A DNA stretch of 64,000 bases from Crassostrea angulata (lineage: Eukaryota), in the NCBI RefSeq assembly GCF_025612915.1, contig NC_069115.1, positions 25,855,757-25,919,756 of the forward strand. The letters are read 5' to 3'. The first letter of the stretch is position 1. Each line of letters opens with the position of its first letter. A program made the translations under genes and the position numbers. Shown piece after piece: positions 1 through 12,941 of this stretch. The notes under the pieces were generated by a model, which had not been told where the DNA came from, searched no databases, and worked only from the letters and a program-made list of their open reading frames with translations.

Positions 1-3000
1 AAACTAAAATCTACACTACCTGAGGATGCTTCCATTTTAATTTGAGCTTTCCTGGCGTCATAGTTTTTGAGAAGAAAGTTTAAAGATTTTCTCTATATAT
101 TCCTATGTAAAAGTTGAACCCCCAACTGTGTCCCAACCCTACCCCCGGGGACCATGATTTGAACAAACTAAATCTACTCTACCTGAGGATGCTTCCATTT
201 TAATTTGAGTTTTCTTGGCGTCATAGTTTTTGAGAAAAATGTTTAAAGATTTTCTGTATATATTCCTAAGTAAAACTTGATCCCCCTCCTGTGGCCCTAC
301 CCTACATCCGGGGACCATGATTTGAACAAACAAGAATATTCACTTCCTGAGGATGCTTCCATTTTAATTTGAGCTTTCCTGGCGTCATAGTTTTTGAGAA
401 GAAAGTTTACAGATTTTCTCTATATATTCCTATGTAAAACTTGATCCCCCTACTGTGGCCCAACCCTACCCCCGGGGACCATGATTTGAACAAACTAAAA
501 TCTACACTACCTGAGGATGTTTCCATTTTAATTTGAGCTTTCCTGGCGTCATAGTTTTTTTGAAGAATGTTTAAAGATTTTCTCTATATATTCCTAATAA
601 AACTTGATCCCCCTTCTGTGGCCCAACCCTACCCCCGGGGACCATGATTTGAACAAACTAAAATCTACACTACCTGAAGATGCTTCCATTTTAATTTGAG
701 CTTTCCTGGCGTCATAGTTTTTGAGAAGAAAGTTTAAAGATTTTCTGTATATATTCTTAAGTAAAAATTGATCCCCCTACTGTGGCCCAACCCTACCCCC
801 GGGGACCATGATTTGAACAAACTAAAATCTACACTACCTGAGGATGCTTCCATTTTAATTTGAGCTTTCCTGGCGTCATAGTTTTTGAGAAGAAAGTTTA
901 CAGATTTTTTCTATAAATTCCTATGTAAAACTTGATCCCCCTACTGTGGCCCTACCCTACCCCCGGGGACCATGATTTGAACAAACTAAAATCTACACTA
1001 CCTGAGGATGCTTCCATTTTAATTTGAGCTTTCTTGGCGCCATAGTTTTTTAGAAGAATGTTTAAAGATTTTCTCTATATATTCCTATGTAAAACTTGAT
1101 CCCCCTACTGTGGCTCAACCCTACCCCCGGGGACCATGATTTGAACAAACTAGAATCTACACTACCTGACGATAATTCCATATTAATTTGAGCTTTCCTT
1201 GCGTCATAGTTTTTGAGAAGAAAGTTTACAGATTTTCTCTATATATTCCTAAGTTAAACTTGATCCCCCTACTGTGGCCCAACCCTACCCCCGGGGACCA
1301 TGATTTGAACAAACTAAAATCTATACTACCTGAGGATGCTTCCATTTTAATTTGAGCTTTCCTGGCGTCAAAGTTTTTGAGAAGAAAGTTTAAAGATTTT
1401 CTCTATATATTCCTATGTTAAACTTGATCCCCCTACTGTGGCCCTACCCTACCCCCGGGGACCATGATTTGAACAAACTAAAATCTACACTACCTGAGGA
1501 TGCTTCCATTTTAATTTCAGCTTTCCTGGCGTCATAGTTTTTTTGATGAATGTTTAAAGATTTTCTCTATATATTCCTATTTAAAACTTGATCCCCCTAC
1601 TGTGGCCCAAACCTACCCCCGGGGACCATGATTTGAACAAACTAAAATCTACACTACCTGAGGATGCTTCCATTTTAATTTGAGCTTTCCTGGCGTCATA
1701 GTTTTTTTGAAGAATGTTTAAAGATTTTCTCTATATATTCCTAAGTAAAACTTGATCCCCCTTCTGTCGCCCAACCCTACCCCCGGGGACCATGAATTGA
1801 ACAAACTAAAATCTACACTACCTGAGGATGCTTCCATTTTAATTTGAGCTTTCCTGGCGTCATAGTTTTTGAGAAGAAAGTTTAAAGATTTTCTGTATAT
1901 ATTCTTAAGTAAAAATTGATCCCCCTACTGTGGCCCAACCCTACCCCCGGGGACCATGATTTGAACAAACTAAAATCTACACTACCTGAGGATGCTTCCA
2001 TTTTAATTTGAGCTTTCCTGGCGTCATAGTTTTTGAGAAGAAGGTTTACAGATTTTTTCTATATATTCCTATGTAAAACTTGATCCCCCTACTGTGGCCC
2101 TACCCTACCCCCGGGGACCATGATTTGAACAAACTGAAATCTACACTACCTGAGGATGCTTCCATTTTAATTTGAGTTTTCTTGGCGCCATAGTTTTTTA
2201 GAAGAATGTTTAAAGATTTTCTCTATATATTCCTATGTAAAACTTGATCCCCCTTCTGTGGCCCAACCCTACCCCCGGGGACCATGATTTGAACAAACTA
2301 AAATCTACACTACCTGAGGATGTTTCCATTTTAATTTGAGCTTTCCTGGCGTCATAGTTTTTGAGAAGAATGTTTAAAGATTTTCTCTATATATTCCTAT
2401 GTAAAACTTGATCCCCCTACTGTGGCTCAACCCTACCCCCGGGGACCATGATTTGAACAAACTAGAATCTACACTACCTGACGATAATTCCATTTTAATT
2501 TGAGCTTTCCTTGGGTCATAGTTTTTGAGAAGAAAGTTTACAGATTTTCTCTATATATTCCTAAGTAAAACTTGATCCCCCTACTGTGGCTCAACCCTAC
2601 CCCCGGGGACCATGATTTGAACAAACTAAAATCTACACTACCTGAGGATGCTTCCATTTTAATTTCAGCTTTCCTGGCGTCATAGTTTTTTTGAAGAATG
2701 TTTAAAGATTTTCTCTATATATTCCTAAGTAAAACTTGATCCCCCTTCTGTGGCCCAACCCTACCCCCGGGGACCATGATTTGAACAAACTAAAATCTAC
2801 ACTACCTGAGGATGCTTCCATTTTAATTTGAGCTTTCCTGGCGTCATAGTTTTTGAGAAGAAAGTTTAAAGATTTTCTGTATATATTCTTAAGTAAAAAT
2901 TGATCCCCCTACTGTGGCCCAACCCTACCCCCGGGGACCATGATTTGAACAAACTAAAATCTACACTATCTGAGGATGCTTCCATTTTAATTTGAGCTTT

Positions 3001-5269
3001 CCTGGCGTCATAGTTTTTGAGAAGAAAGTTTACAGATTTTTTCTATATATTCCTATGTAAAACTTGATCCCCCTACTGTGGCCCTACCCTACCCCCGGGG
3101 ACCATGATTTGAACAAACTGAAATCTACACTACCTGAGGATGCTTCCATTTTAATTTGAGTTTTCTTGGCGCCATTGTTTTTTAGAAAAATGTTTAAAGA
3201 TTTTCTCTATATATTCCTATGTAAAACTTGATCCCCCTACTGTGGCTCAACCCTACCCCCGGGGACCATGATTTGAACAAACTAGAATCTACACTACCTG
3301 ACGATAATTCCATTTTAATTTGAGCTTTCCTTGCGTCATAGTTTTTGAGAAGAAAGTTTACAGATTTTCTCTATATATTCCTAAGTAAAACTTGATCCCC
3401 CTACTGTGGCCCAATCCTACCCCCGGGGACCATGATTTGAACAAACTAAAATCTATACTACCTGAGGATGCTTCCATTTTAATTTGAGCTTTCCTGGCGT
3501 CATAGTTTCTGAGAAGAAAGTTTAAAGATTTTCTCTATATATTCCTATGTAAAACTTGATCCCCCTACTGTGGCCCTACCCTACCCCCGGGGACCATAAT
3601 TTGAACAAACTAAAATCTACACTACCTGAGGATGTTTCCATTTTAATTTGAGCTTTCCTGGCGTCATAGTTTTTTTGATGAATGTTTAAAGATTTTCTCT
3701 ATATATTCCTAAGTAAAACTTGATCCCCCTACTGTGGCCCAAACCTACCCCCGGGGACCATGATTTGAACAAACTAAAATCTACACTACCTGAGGATGCT
3801 TCCATTTTAATTTGAGCTTTCCTGTTGTCATAGTTTTTGAGAAGAAAGTCTAAAGATTTTTTCTATATATTCCTATGTAAAACTTGATCCCCCTACTGTG
3901 GCCCTACCCTACCCCCGGGGACCATGATTTGAACAAACTAAAATCTACACTACCTGAGGTTGCTTCCATTTTAATTTGAGCTTTCCTGGCGTCATTGTTT
4001 TTGAGAAGAAAGTTTACAGATTTTCTCTATATATTCCTATGTAAAAGTTGATCCCCCTACTGTGGCCCAACCCTACCCCCGGGGACCATGATTTGAACAA
4101 ACTAAAATCTACACTACCTGAGGATGCTTCCATTTTAATTTGAGCTTTCCTGGCGTCATAGTTTTTTTGATGAATGTTTAAAGATTTTCTCTATATATTC
4201 CTAAGTAAAACTTGATCCCCCTACTGTGGCCCAAATCTACCCCCGGGGACCATGATTTGAACAAACTAAAATCTACACTACCTGAGGATGCTTCCATTTT
4301 AATTTGAGCTTTCCTGTCGTCATAGTTTTTTAGAAGAAAGTCTAAAGATTTTCTCTATATATTTCTATGTAAAACTTGATCCCCCCACTGTGGCCCTACC
4401 CTACCCCCGGGGACCATGTTTTGAACAAACTAAAATCTACACTACCTGAGGATGTTTCCATTTTAATTTGAGCTTTCCTGGCGTCATAGTTTTTGAGAAG
4501 AAAGTTTAAAGATTTTTTGTATATATTCCTAAGTAAAACTTGATCCCCCTACTGTGGCCCTACCCTACATCCGGGGACCATGATTTGAACAAACAAGAAT
4601 ATTCACTACCTGAGGATGCTTCCATTTTAATTTGAGCTTTCCTGGCGTCATAGTTTTTGAGAAGAAAGTTTAAAGATTTTCTGTATATATTCTTAAGTAA
4701 AAATTGATCCCCCTACTGTGGCCCAACCCTACCCCCGGGGACCATGATTTGAACAAACTAAAATCTAAACTACCTGAGGATGCTTCCATTTTAATTTGAG
4801 CTTTCCTGGCGTCATAGTTTTTGAGAAGAAAGTTGACAGATTTTCTCTATATATTCCTATGTAAAACTTGATCCCCCTACTGTGGCCCTACCCTACCCCC
4901 GGGGACCATGATTTGAACAAACTAAAATCTACACTACCTGAGGATGCTTCCATTTTAATTTGAGCTTTCTTGGCGCCATAGTTTTTTAGAAGAATGTTTA
5001 AAGATTTTCTCTATATATTCCTATGTAAAACTTGATCCCCCTACTGTGGCTCAACCCTACCCCCGGGGACCATGATTTGAACAAACTAGAATCTACACTA
5101 CCTGACGATAATTCCATTTTAATTTGAGCTTTCCTTGCGTCATAATTTTTGAGAAGAAAGTTTACAGATTTTCTCTATATATTCCTATGTAAAACTTGAT
5201 CCCCCTACTGTGGCCCAACCCTACCCCCGGGGACCATGATTTGAACAAACTAAAATCTATACTACGTGA

Positions 5270-8200
5270 GGATGCTTCCATTTTAATTTGAGCTTTCCTG
5301 GCGTCATAGTTTTTGAGAAGAAAGTTTAAAGATTTTCTCTATATATTCCTATGTAAAACTTGATCCCCCTACTGTGGCCCTACCCTACCCCCGGGGACCA
5401 TGATTTGAACAAACTAAAATCTACACTACCTGAGGATGCTTCCATTTTAATTTGAGCTTTCCTGGCGTCAAAGTTTTTGAGAAGAAAGTTTAAAGATTTT
5501 CTGTATATATTCTTAAGTAAAAATTGATCCCCCTACTGTGGCCCAACCCTACTCCCGGGGACCATGATTTGAACAAACTAAAATCTACACTACCTGAGGA
5601 TGCTTCCATTTTAATTTGAGCTTTTCTGGCGTCATAGTTTTTGAGAAGAAAGTTTACAGATTTTTTCTATATATTCCTATGTAAAACTTGATCCCCCTAC
5701 TGTGGCCCTACCCTACCCCCGGGGACCATGATTTGAACAAACTGAAATCTACACTACCTGAGGATGCTTCCATTTTAATTTGAGTTTTCTTGGCGCCATA
5801 GTTTTTTAGAAGAATGTTTAAAGATTTTCTCTATATATTCCTATGTAAAACTTGATCCCCCTACTGTGGCTCAACCCTACCCCCGGGGACCATGATTTGA
5901 ACAAACTAGAATCTACACTACCTGACGATAATTCCATTTTAATTTGAGCTTTCCTTGCGTCATAGTTTTTGAGAAGAAAGTCTACAGATTTTCTCTATAT
6001 ATTCCTAAGTAAAACTTGATCCCCCTACTGTGGCCCAATCCTACCCCCGGGGACCATGATTTGAACAAACTAAAATCTATACTACCTGAGGATGCTTCCA
6101 TTTTAATTTGAGCTTTCCTGGCGTCATAGTTTCTGAGAAGAAAGTTTAAAGATTTTCTCTATATATTCCTATGTAAAACTTGATCCCCCTACTGTGGCCC
6201 TACCCTACCCCCGGGGACCATAATTTGAACAAACTAAAATCTACACTACCTGAGGATGTTTCCATTTTAATTTCAGCTTTCCTGGCGTCATAGTTTTTTT
6301 GATGAATGTTTAAAGATTTTCTCTATATATTCCTTAGTAAAACTTGATCCCCCTACTGTGGCCCTACCCTACCCCCGGGGACCATGATTTGAACAAACTA
6401 AAATCTACACTACCTGAGGATGCTTCCATTTTAATTTGAGCTTTCCTGTTGTCATAGTTTTTGAGAAGAAAGTCTAAAGATTTTTTCTATATATTTCTAT
6501 GTAAAACTTGATCCCCCTACTGTGGCCCTACGCTACCCCCGGGGACCATGATTTGAACAAACTAAAATCTACACTACCTGATGATGCTTCCATTTTAATT
6601 TGAGCTTTCCTGGCGTCATAGTTTTTGAAAAAATTTTAAAGATTTTCTCTATATATTCCTATGTAAAACTTGATCCCCCTACTGTGGCCCTACCCTACCC
6701 CTGGGGACTATGATTTGAACAAACTAAAATCTACACTACCTGAGGTTGCTTCCATTTAAATTTGAGCTTTCCTGGCGTCATTGTTTTTGAGAAGAAAGTT
6801 TACAGATTTTCTCTATATATTCCTATGTAAAAGTTGATCCCCCTACTGTGGCCCAAACCTACCCCCGGGGACCATGATTTGAACAAACTAAAATCTACAC
6901 TACCTGAGGATGCTTCCATTTTAATTTGAGCTTTCCTGGCGTCATAGTTTTTTTGATGAATGTTTAAAGATTTTCTCTATATATTCCTAAGTAAAACTTG
7001 ATCCCCCTACTGTGGCCCAAATCTACCCCCGGGGACCATGATTTGAACAAACTAAAATCTACACTACCTGAGGATGCTTCCATTTTAATTTGAGCTTTCC
7101 TGTCGTCATAGTTTTTTAGAAGAAAGTCTAAAGATTTTCTCTATATATTTCTATGTAAAACTTGATCCCCCCACTGTGGCCCTACCCTACCCCCGGGGAC
7201 CATGTTTTGAACAAACTAAAATCTACACTACCTGAGGATGTTTCCATTTTAATTTGAGCTTTCCTGGCGTCATAGTTTTTGAGAAGAAAGTTTAAAGATT
7301 TTTTGTATATATTCCTAAGTAAAACTTGATCCCCCTACTGTGGCCCTACCCTACATCCGGGGACCATGATTTGAACAAACAAGAATATTCACTACCTGAG
7401 GATGCTTCCATTTTAATTTGAGCTTTCCTGGCGTCATAGTTTTTGAGAAGAAAGTTTAAAGATTTTCTGTATATATTCTTAAGTAAAAATTGATCCCCCT
7501 ACTGTGGCCCAACCCTACCCCCGGGGACCATGATTTGAACAAACTAAAATCTAAACTACCTGAGGATGCTTCCATTTTAATTTGAGCTTTCCTGGCGTCA
7601 TAGTTTTTGAGAAGAAAGTTGACAGATTTTCTCTATATATTCCTATGTAAAACTTGATCCCCCTACTGTGGCCCTACCCTACCCCCGGGGACCATGATTT
7701 GAACAAACTAAAATCTACACTACCTGAGGATGCTTCCATTTTAATTTGAGCTTTCTTGGCGCCATAGTTTTTTAGAAGAATGTTTAAAGATTTTCTCTAT
7801 ATATTCCTATGTAAAACTTGATCCCCCTACTGTGGCTCAACCCTACCCCCGGGGACCATGATTTGAACAAACTAGAATCTACACTACCTGACGATAATTC
7901 CATTTTAATTTGAGCTTTCCTTGCGTCATAGTTTTTGAGAAGAAAGTTTACAGATTTTCTCTAAATATTCCTAAGTAAAACTTGATCCCCCTACTGTGGC
8001 CCAACCCTACCCCCGGGGACCATGATTTGAACAAACTAAAATCTACACTACCTGAGGATGCTTCCATTTTAATTTGAGCATTCCTGGCGTCATAGTTTTT
8101 TTGATGAATGTTTAAAGATTTTCTCTATATATTCCTAAGTAAAACTTGATCCCCCTACTGTGGCCCAAATCTACCCCCGGGGACCATGATTTGAACAAAC

Positions 8201-11200
8201 TAAAATCTACACTACCTGAGGATGCTTCCATTTTAATTTGAGCTTTCCTGTCGTCATAGTTTTTTAGAAGAAAGTCTAAATATTTTCTCTATATATTTCT
8301 ATGTAAAACTTAATCCCCCTACTGTGGCCCTACCCTACCCCCGGGGACCATGTTTTGAACAAACTTAAATCTACACTACCTGAGGATGCTTCCATTTTAA
8401 TTTGAGCTTTCCTGGCGTCATAGTTTTTGAGAAGAAAGTTTAAAGATTTTTTGTATATATTCCTAAGTAAAACTTGATCCCCCTACTGTGGCCCTACCCT
8501 ACATCCGGGGACCATGATTTGAACAAACTAGAATCTACACTACCTGACGATAATTCCATTTTAATTTGAGCTTTCCTTGCGTCATAGTTTTTGCGAAGAA
8601 AGTTTACAGATTTTCTCTATATATTCCTATGTAAAACTTGATCCCCCTACTGTGGCCCAACCCTACCCCCGGGGACCATGATTTGAACAAACTAAAATCT
8701 ATACTACCTGAGGATGCTTCCATTTTAATTTGAGCTTTCCTGGCGTCATAGTTTTTGAGAAGAAAGTTTAAAGATTTTCTCTATATATTCCTAAGTAAAA
8801 CTTGATCCCCCTACTGTGGCCCAAATCTACCCCCGGGGACCATGATTTGAACAAACTTAAATCTACACTACCTGAGGATGCTTCCATTTTAATTTGAGCT
8901 TTCCTGGCGTCATAGTTTTTGAGAAGAAAGTTTAAAGATTTTTTGTATATATTCCTAAGTAAAACTTGATCCCCCTACTGTGGCCCTACCCTACATCCGG
9001 GGACCATGATTTGAACAAACTAGAATCTACACTACCTGACGATAATTCCATTTTAATTTGAGCTTTCCTTGCGTCATAGTTTTTGAGAAGAAAGTTTACA
9101 GATTTTCTCTATATATTCCTATGTAAAACTTGATCCCCCTACTGTGGCCCAACCCTACCCCCGGGGACCATGATTTGAACAAACTAAAATCTATACTACC
9201 TGAGGATGCTTCCATTTTAATTTGAGCTTTCCTGGCGTCATAGTTTTTGAGAAGAAAGTTTAAAGATTTTCTCTATATATTCCTATGTAAAACTTGATCC
9301 CCCTACTGTGGCCCTACCCTACCCCCCGGGGACCATAATTTGAACAAACTAAAATCTACACTACCTGAGGATGCTTCCATTTTAATTTCAGCTTTCCTGG
9401 CGTCATAGTTTTTTTGATGAATGTTTAATGATTTTCTCTATATATTCCTAAGTAAAACTTGATCCCCCTACTGTGGCCCAAACCTACCCCCGGGGACCAT
9501 GATTTGAACAAACTAAAATCTACACTACCTGAGGATGCTTCCATTTTAATTTGAGCTTTCCTGTTGTCATAGTTTTTGAGAAGAAAGTCTAAAGATTTTT
9601 TCTATATATTCCTATGTAAAACTTGATCCCCCTACTGTGGCCCTACCCTACCCCCGGGGACCATGATTTGAACAAACTAAAATCTACACTACCTGAGGAT
9701 GCTTCCATTTTAATTTGAGCTTTCCTGGCGTCATAGTTTTTGAAAAAAGTTTAAAGATTTTCTCTATATATTCCTATGTAAAACTTGATCCCCCTACTGT
9801 GGCCCTACCCTACCCCTGGGGACTATGATTTGAACAAACTAAAATCTACACTACCTGAGGTTGCTTCCATTTTAATTTGAGCTTTCCTGGCGTCATTGTT
9901 TTTGAGAAGAAAGTTTAGAGATTTTCTCTATATATTCCTATGTAAAACTTGATCCCCCTACTGTGGCCCAACCCTACCCCCGGGGACCATGTTTTGAACA
10001 AACTAAAATCTACACTACCTGAGGATGCTTCCATTTTAATTTGAGCTTTCCTGTCGTCATAGTTTTTTAGAAGAAAGTCTAAAGATTTTCTCTATATATT
10101 TCTATGTAAAACTTGATCCCCCCACTGTGGCCCTGCCCTACCCCCGGGGACCATGTTTTGAACAAACTAAAATCTACACTACCTGAGGATGTTTCCATTT
10201 TAATTTGAGCTTTCCTGGCGTCATAGTTTTTGAGAAGAAAGTTTAAAGATTTTTTGTATATATTCCTAAGTAAAACTTGATCCCCCTACTGTGGCCCTAC
10301 CCTACATCCGGGGACCATGATTTGAACAAACAAGAATATTCACTACCTGAGGATGCTTCCATTTTAATTTGAGCTTTCCTGGCGTCATAGTTTTTGAGAA
10401 GAAAGTTTAAAGATTTTCTGTATATATTCTTAAGTAAAAATTGATCCCCCTACTGTGGCCCAACCCTACCCCCGGGGACCATGATTTGAACAAACTAAAA
10501 TCTACACTACCTGAGGATGCTTTCATTTTAATTTGAGCTTTCCTGGCGTCATAGTTTTTGAGAAGAAAGTTGACAGATTTTCTCTATATATTCCTATGTA
10601 AAACTTGATCCCCCTACTGTGGCCCTACACTACCCCCGGGGACCATGATTTGAACAAACTAAAATCTACACTACCTGAGGATGCTTCCATTTTAATTTGA
10701 GCTTTCTTGGCGCCATAGTTTTTTAGAGGAATGTTTAAAGATTTTCTCTATATATTCCTATGTAAAACTTGATCCCCCTACTGTGGCTCAACCCTACCCC
10801 CGGGGACCATGATTTGAACAAACTAGAATCTACACTACCTGACGATAATTCCATTTTAATTTGAGCTTTCCTTGCGTCATAGTTTTTGAGAAGAAAGTTT
10901 ACAGATTTTCTCTATATATTCCTAAGTAAAACTTGATCCCCCTACTGTGACCCAACCCTACCCCCGGGGACCATGATTTGAACAAACTAAAATCTATACT
11001 ACCTGAGGATGCTTCCATTTTAATTTGAGCTTTCCTGGCGTCATAGTTTTTGAGAAGAAAGTTGACAGATTTTCTCTATATATTCCTATGTAAAACTTGA
11101 TCCCCCTACTGTGGCCCTACCCTACCCCCGGGGACCATGATTTGAACAAACTAAAATCTACACTACCTGAGGATGCTTCCATTTTAATTTGAGCTTTCCT

Positions 11201-12941
11201 GGCGTCATAGTTTTTTTGATGAATGTTTAAAGATTTCCTCTATATATTCCTAAGTAAAACTTGATCCCCCTACTGTGGCCCAAACCTACCCCCGGGGACC
11301 ATGATTTGAACAAACTAAAATCTACACTACCTGAGGATGCTTCCATTTTTAATTTGAGCTTTCCTGGCGTCATAGTTTTTGAAAAAAGTTTAAAGATTTT
11401 CTCTATATATTCCTATGTAAAACTTGATCCCCCTACTGTGGCCCAACCCTACCCCCGGGGACCATGATTTGAACAAACTAAAATCTACACTACCTGAGGA
11501 TGCTTCCATTTTAATTTGAGCTTTCCTGGCGTCATAGTTTTTTTGATGAATGTTTAAAGATTTTCTCTATATATTCCTATGTAAAACTTGATCCCCCTAC
11601 TGTGGCCCAAATCTACCCCCGGGGACCATGATTTGAACAAACTAAAATCTACACTACCTGAGGATGCTTCCATTTTAATTTGAGCTTTCCTGTCGTCATA
11701 GTTTTTTAGAAGAAAGTCTAAAGATTTTCTCTATATATTTCTATGTAAAACTTGATCCCCCTACTGTGGCCCTACCCTACCCCCGGGGACCATGTTTTGA
11801 ACAAACTTAAATCTACACTACCTGAGGATGCTTCCATTTTAATTTGAGCTTTCCTGGCGTCATAGTTTTTGAGAAGAAAGTTTAAAGATTTTTTGTATAT
11901 ATTCCTAAGTAAAACTTGATCCCCCTACTGTGGCCCTACCCTACATCCGGGGACCATGATTTGAACAAACAAGAAAATTCACTTCCTGAGGATGCTTCCA
12001 TTTTAATTTGAGCTTTCCTGGCGTCATAGTTTTTGAGAAGAAAGTTTAAAGATTTTCTCTATATATTCCTATGTAAAACTTGATCCCCCTACTGTGGCCC
12101 AACTCTACCCCCGGGGACCATGATTTGAACAAACTAAAATCTATACTACCAGAGGATACTTACATTTTAATTTGAGCTTTCCTGGCGTCATAGTTTTTGA
12201 GAAGAAAGTTGACAGATTTTCTCTATATATTCCTATGTAAAACTTGATCCCCCTACTGTGGCCCTACCCTACCCCCGGGGACCATAATTTGAACAAACAA
12301 GAATATTCACTTTCTGATAATGCTTCCATTTTAATTTGAGCTTTCCTGGCGTCATAGTTTTTGAAAAGAAAGTTTACAGATTTTCTCTATATATTCTTAT
12401 GTAAAACTTGATCCCCCTACTGTGGCCCAATCCTACCCCCGGGGACCATGATTTGAACAAACTAAAATCTACACTACCTGAGGATGCTTCCATTTTAATT
12501 TGAGCTTTCTTGGCGTCATAGTTTTTGAGAAGAAAGTTTAAAGATTTTCTCTATACATTCCTATGTAAAAGTTGAACCCGTACTGTGGCCCAAACCTACG
12601 CCCCCGGGGACCATGATTTGAACAAACTAAAATCTTCTCTACCTGAGGATGCTTCCATTTTAATTTGAGCTTTCCTGGCGCCATAGTTTTTGAGAAGAAA
12701 GTTTAAAGATTTTCTCTATATATTCCTATGTAAAACTTGATCCCCCTACTGTGGCCCAACCCTACCCCCGGGGACCATGATTTGAACAAAATAAAACCTA
12801 CACTACCTGAGGATGCTTCCATTTTAATTTGAGCTTTCCTGGCGTCATTGTTTTTGAGAAGAAAGTTTACAGATTTTCTCTATATATTCCTATGTAAAAC
12901 TTGATCCCCCTACTGTGCAAACTAAAATCTATGCTACCTGA
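5270..12941. repeat. Copy 1 of a ~7.67-kb (47-monomer) tandem segmental duplication / HOR within the satellite
   Basis: It matches 12942-20613 at a constant offset of 7672 bp. Rare variants recur at that offset: 'caaagttttt' at 5469 and 13141, 'ctactcccgggg' at 5551 and 13223, and the identical 68-aa pseudo-ORFs at 11261 and 18933. Each copy ends with the same 131-bp truncated monomer. Confidence 0.85.

Noticed and set aside
139-200. tRNA-like T-loop motif 'GTTCAAATC' on the minus strand of each monomer ('tttgTTCAAATCatggtcccc'), suggesting a possible tRNA/SINE origin of the satellite
   Set aside because: The flanking bases do not form a 5-bp T-stem ('gtttg' versus 'catgg' do not pair). No acceptor or anticodon arm structure or A/B box arrangement is evident. 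The similarity is limited to a 9-mer.
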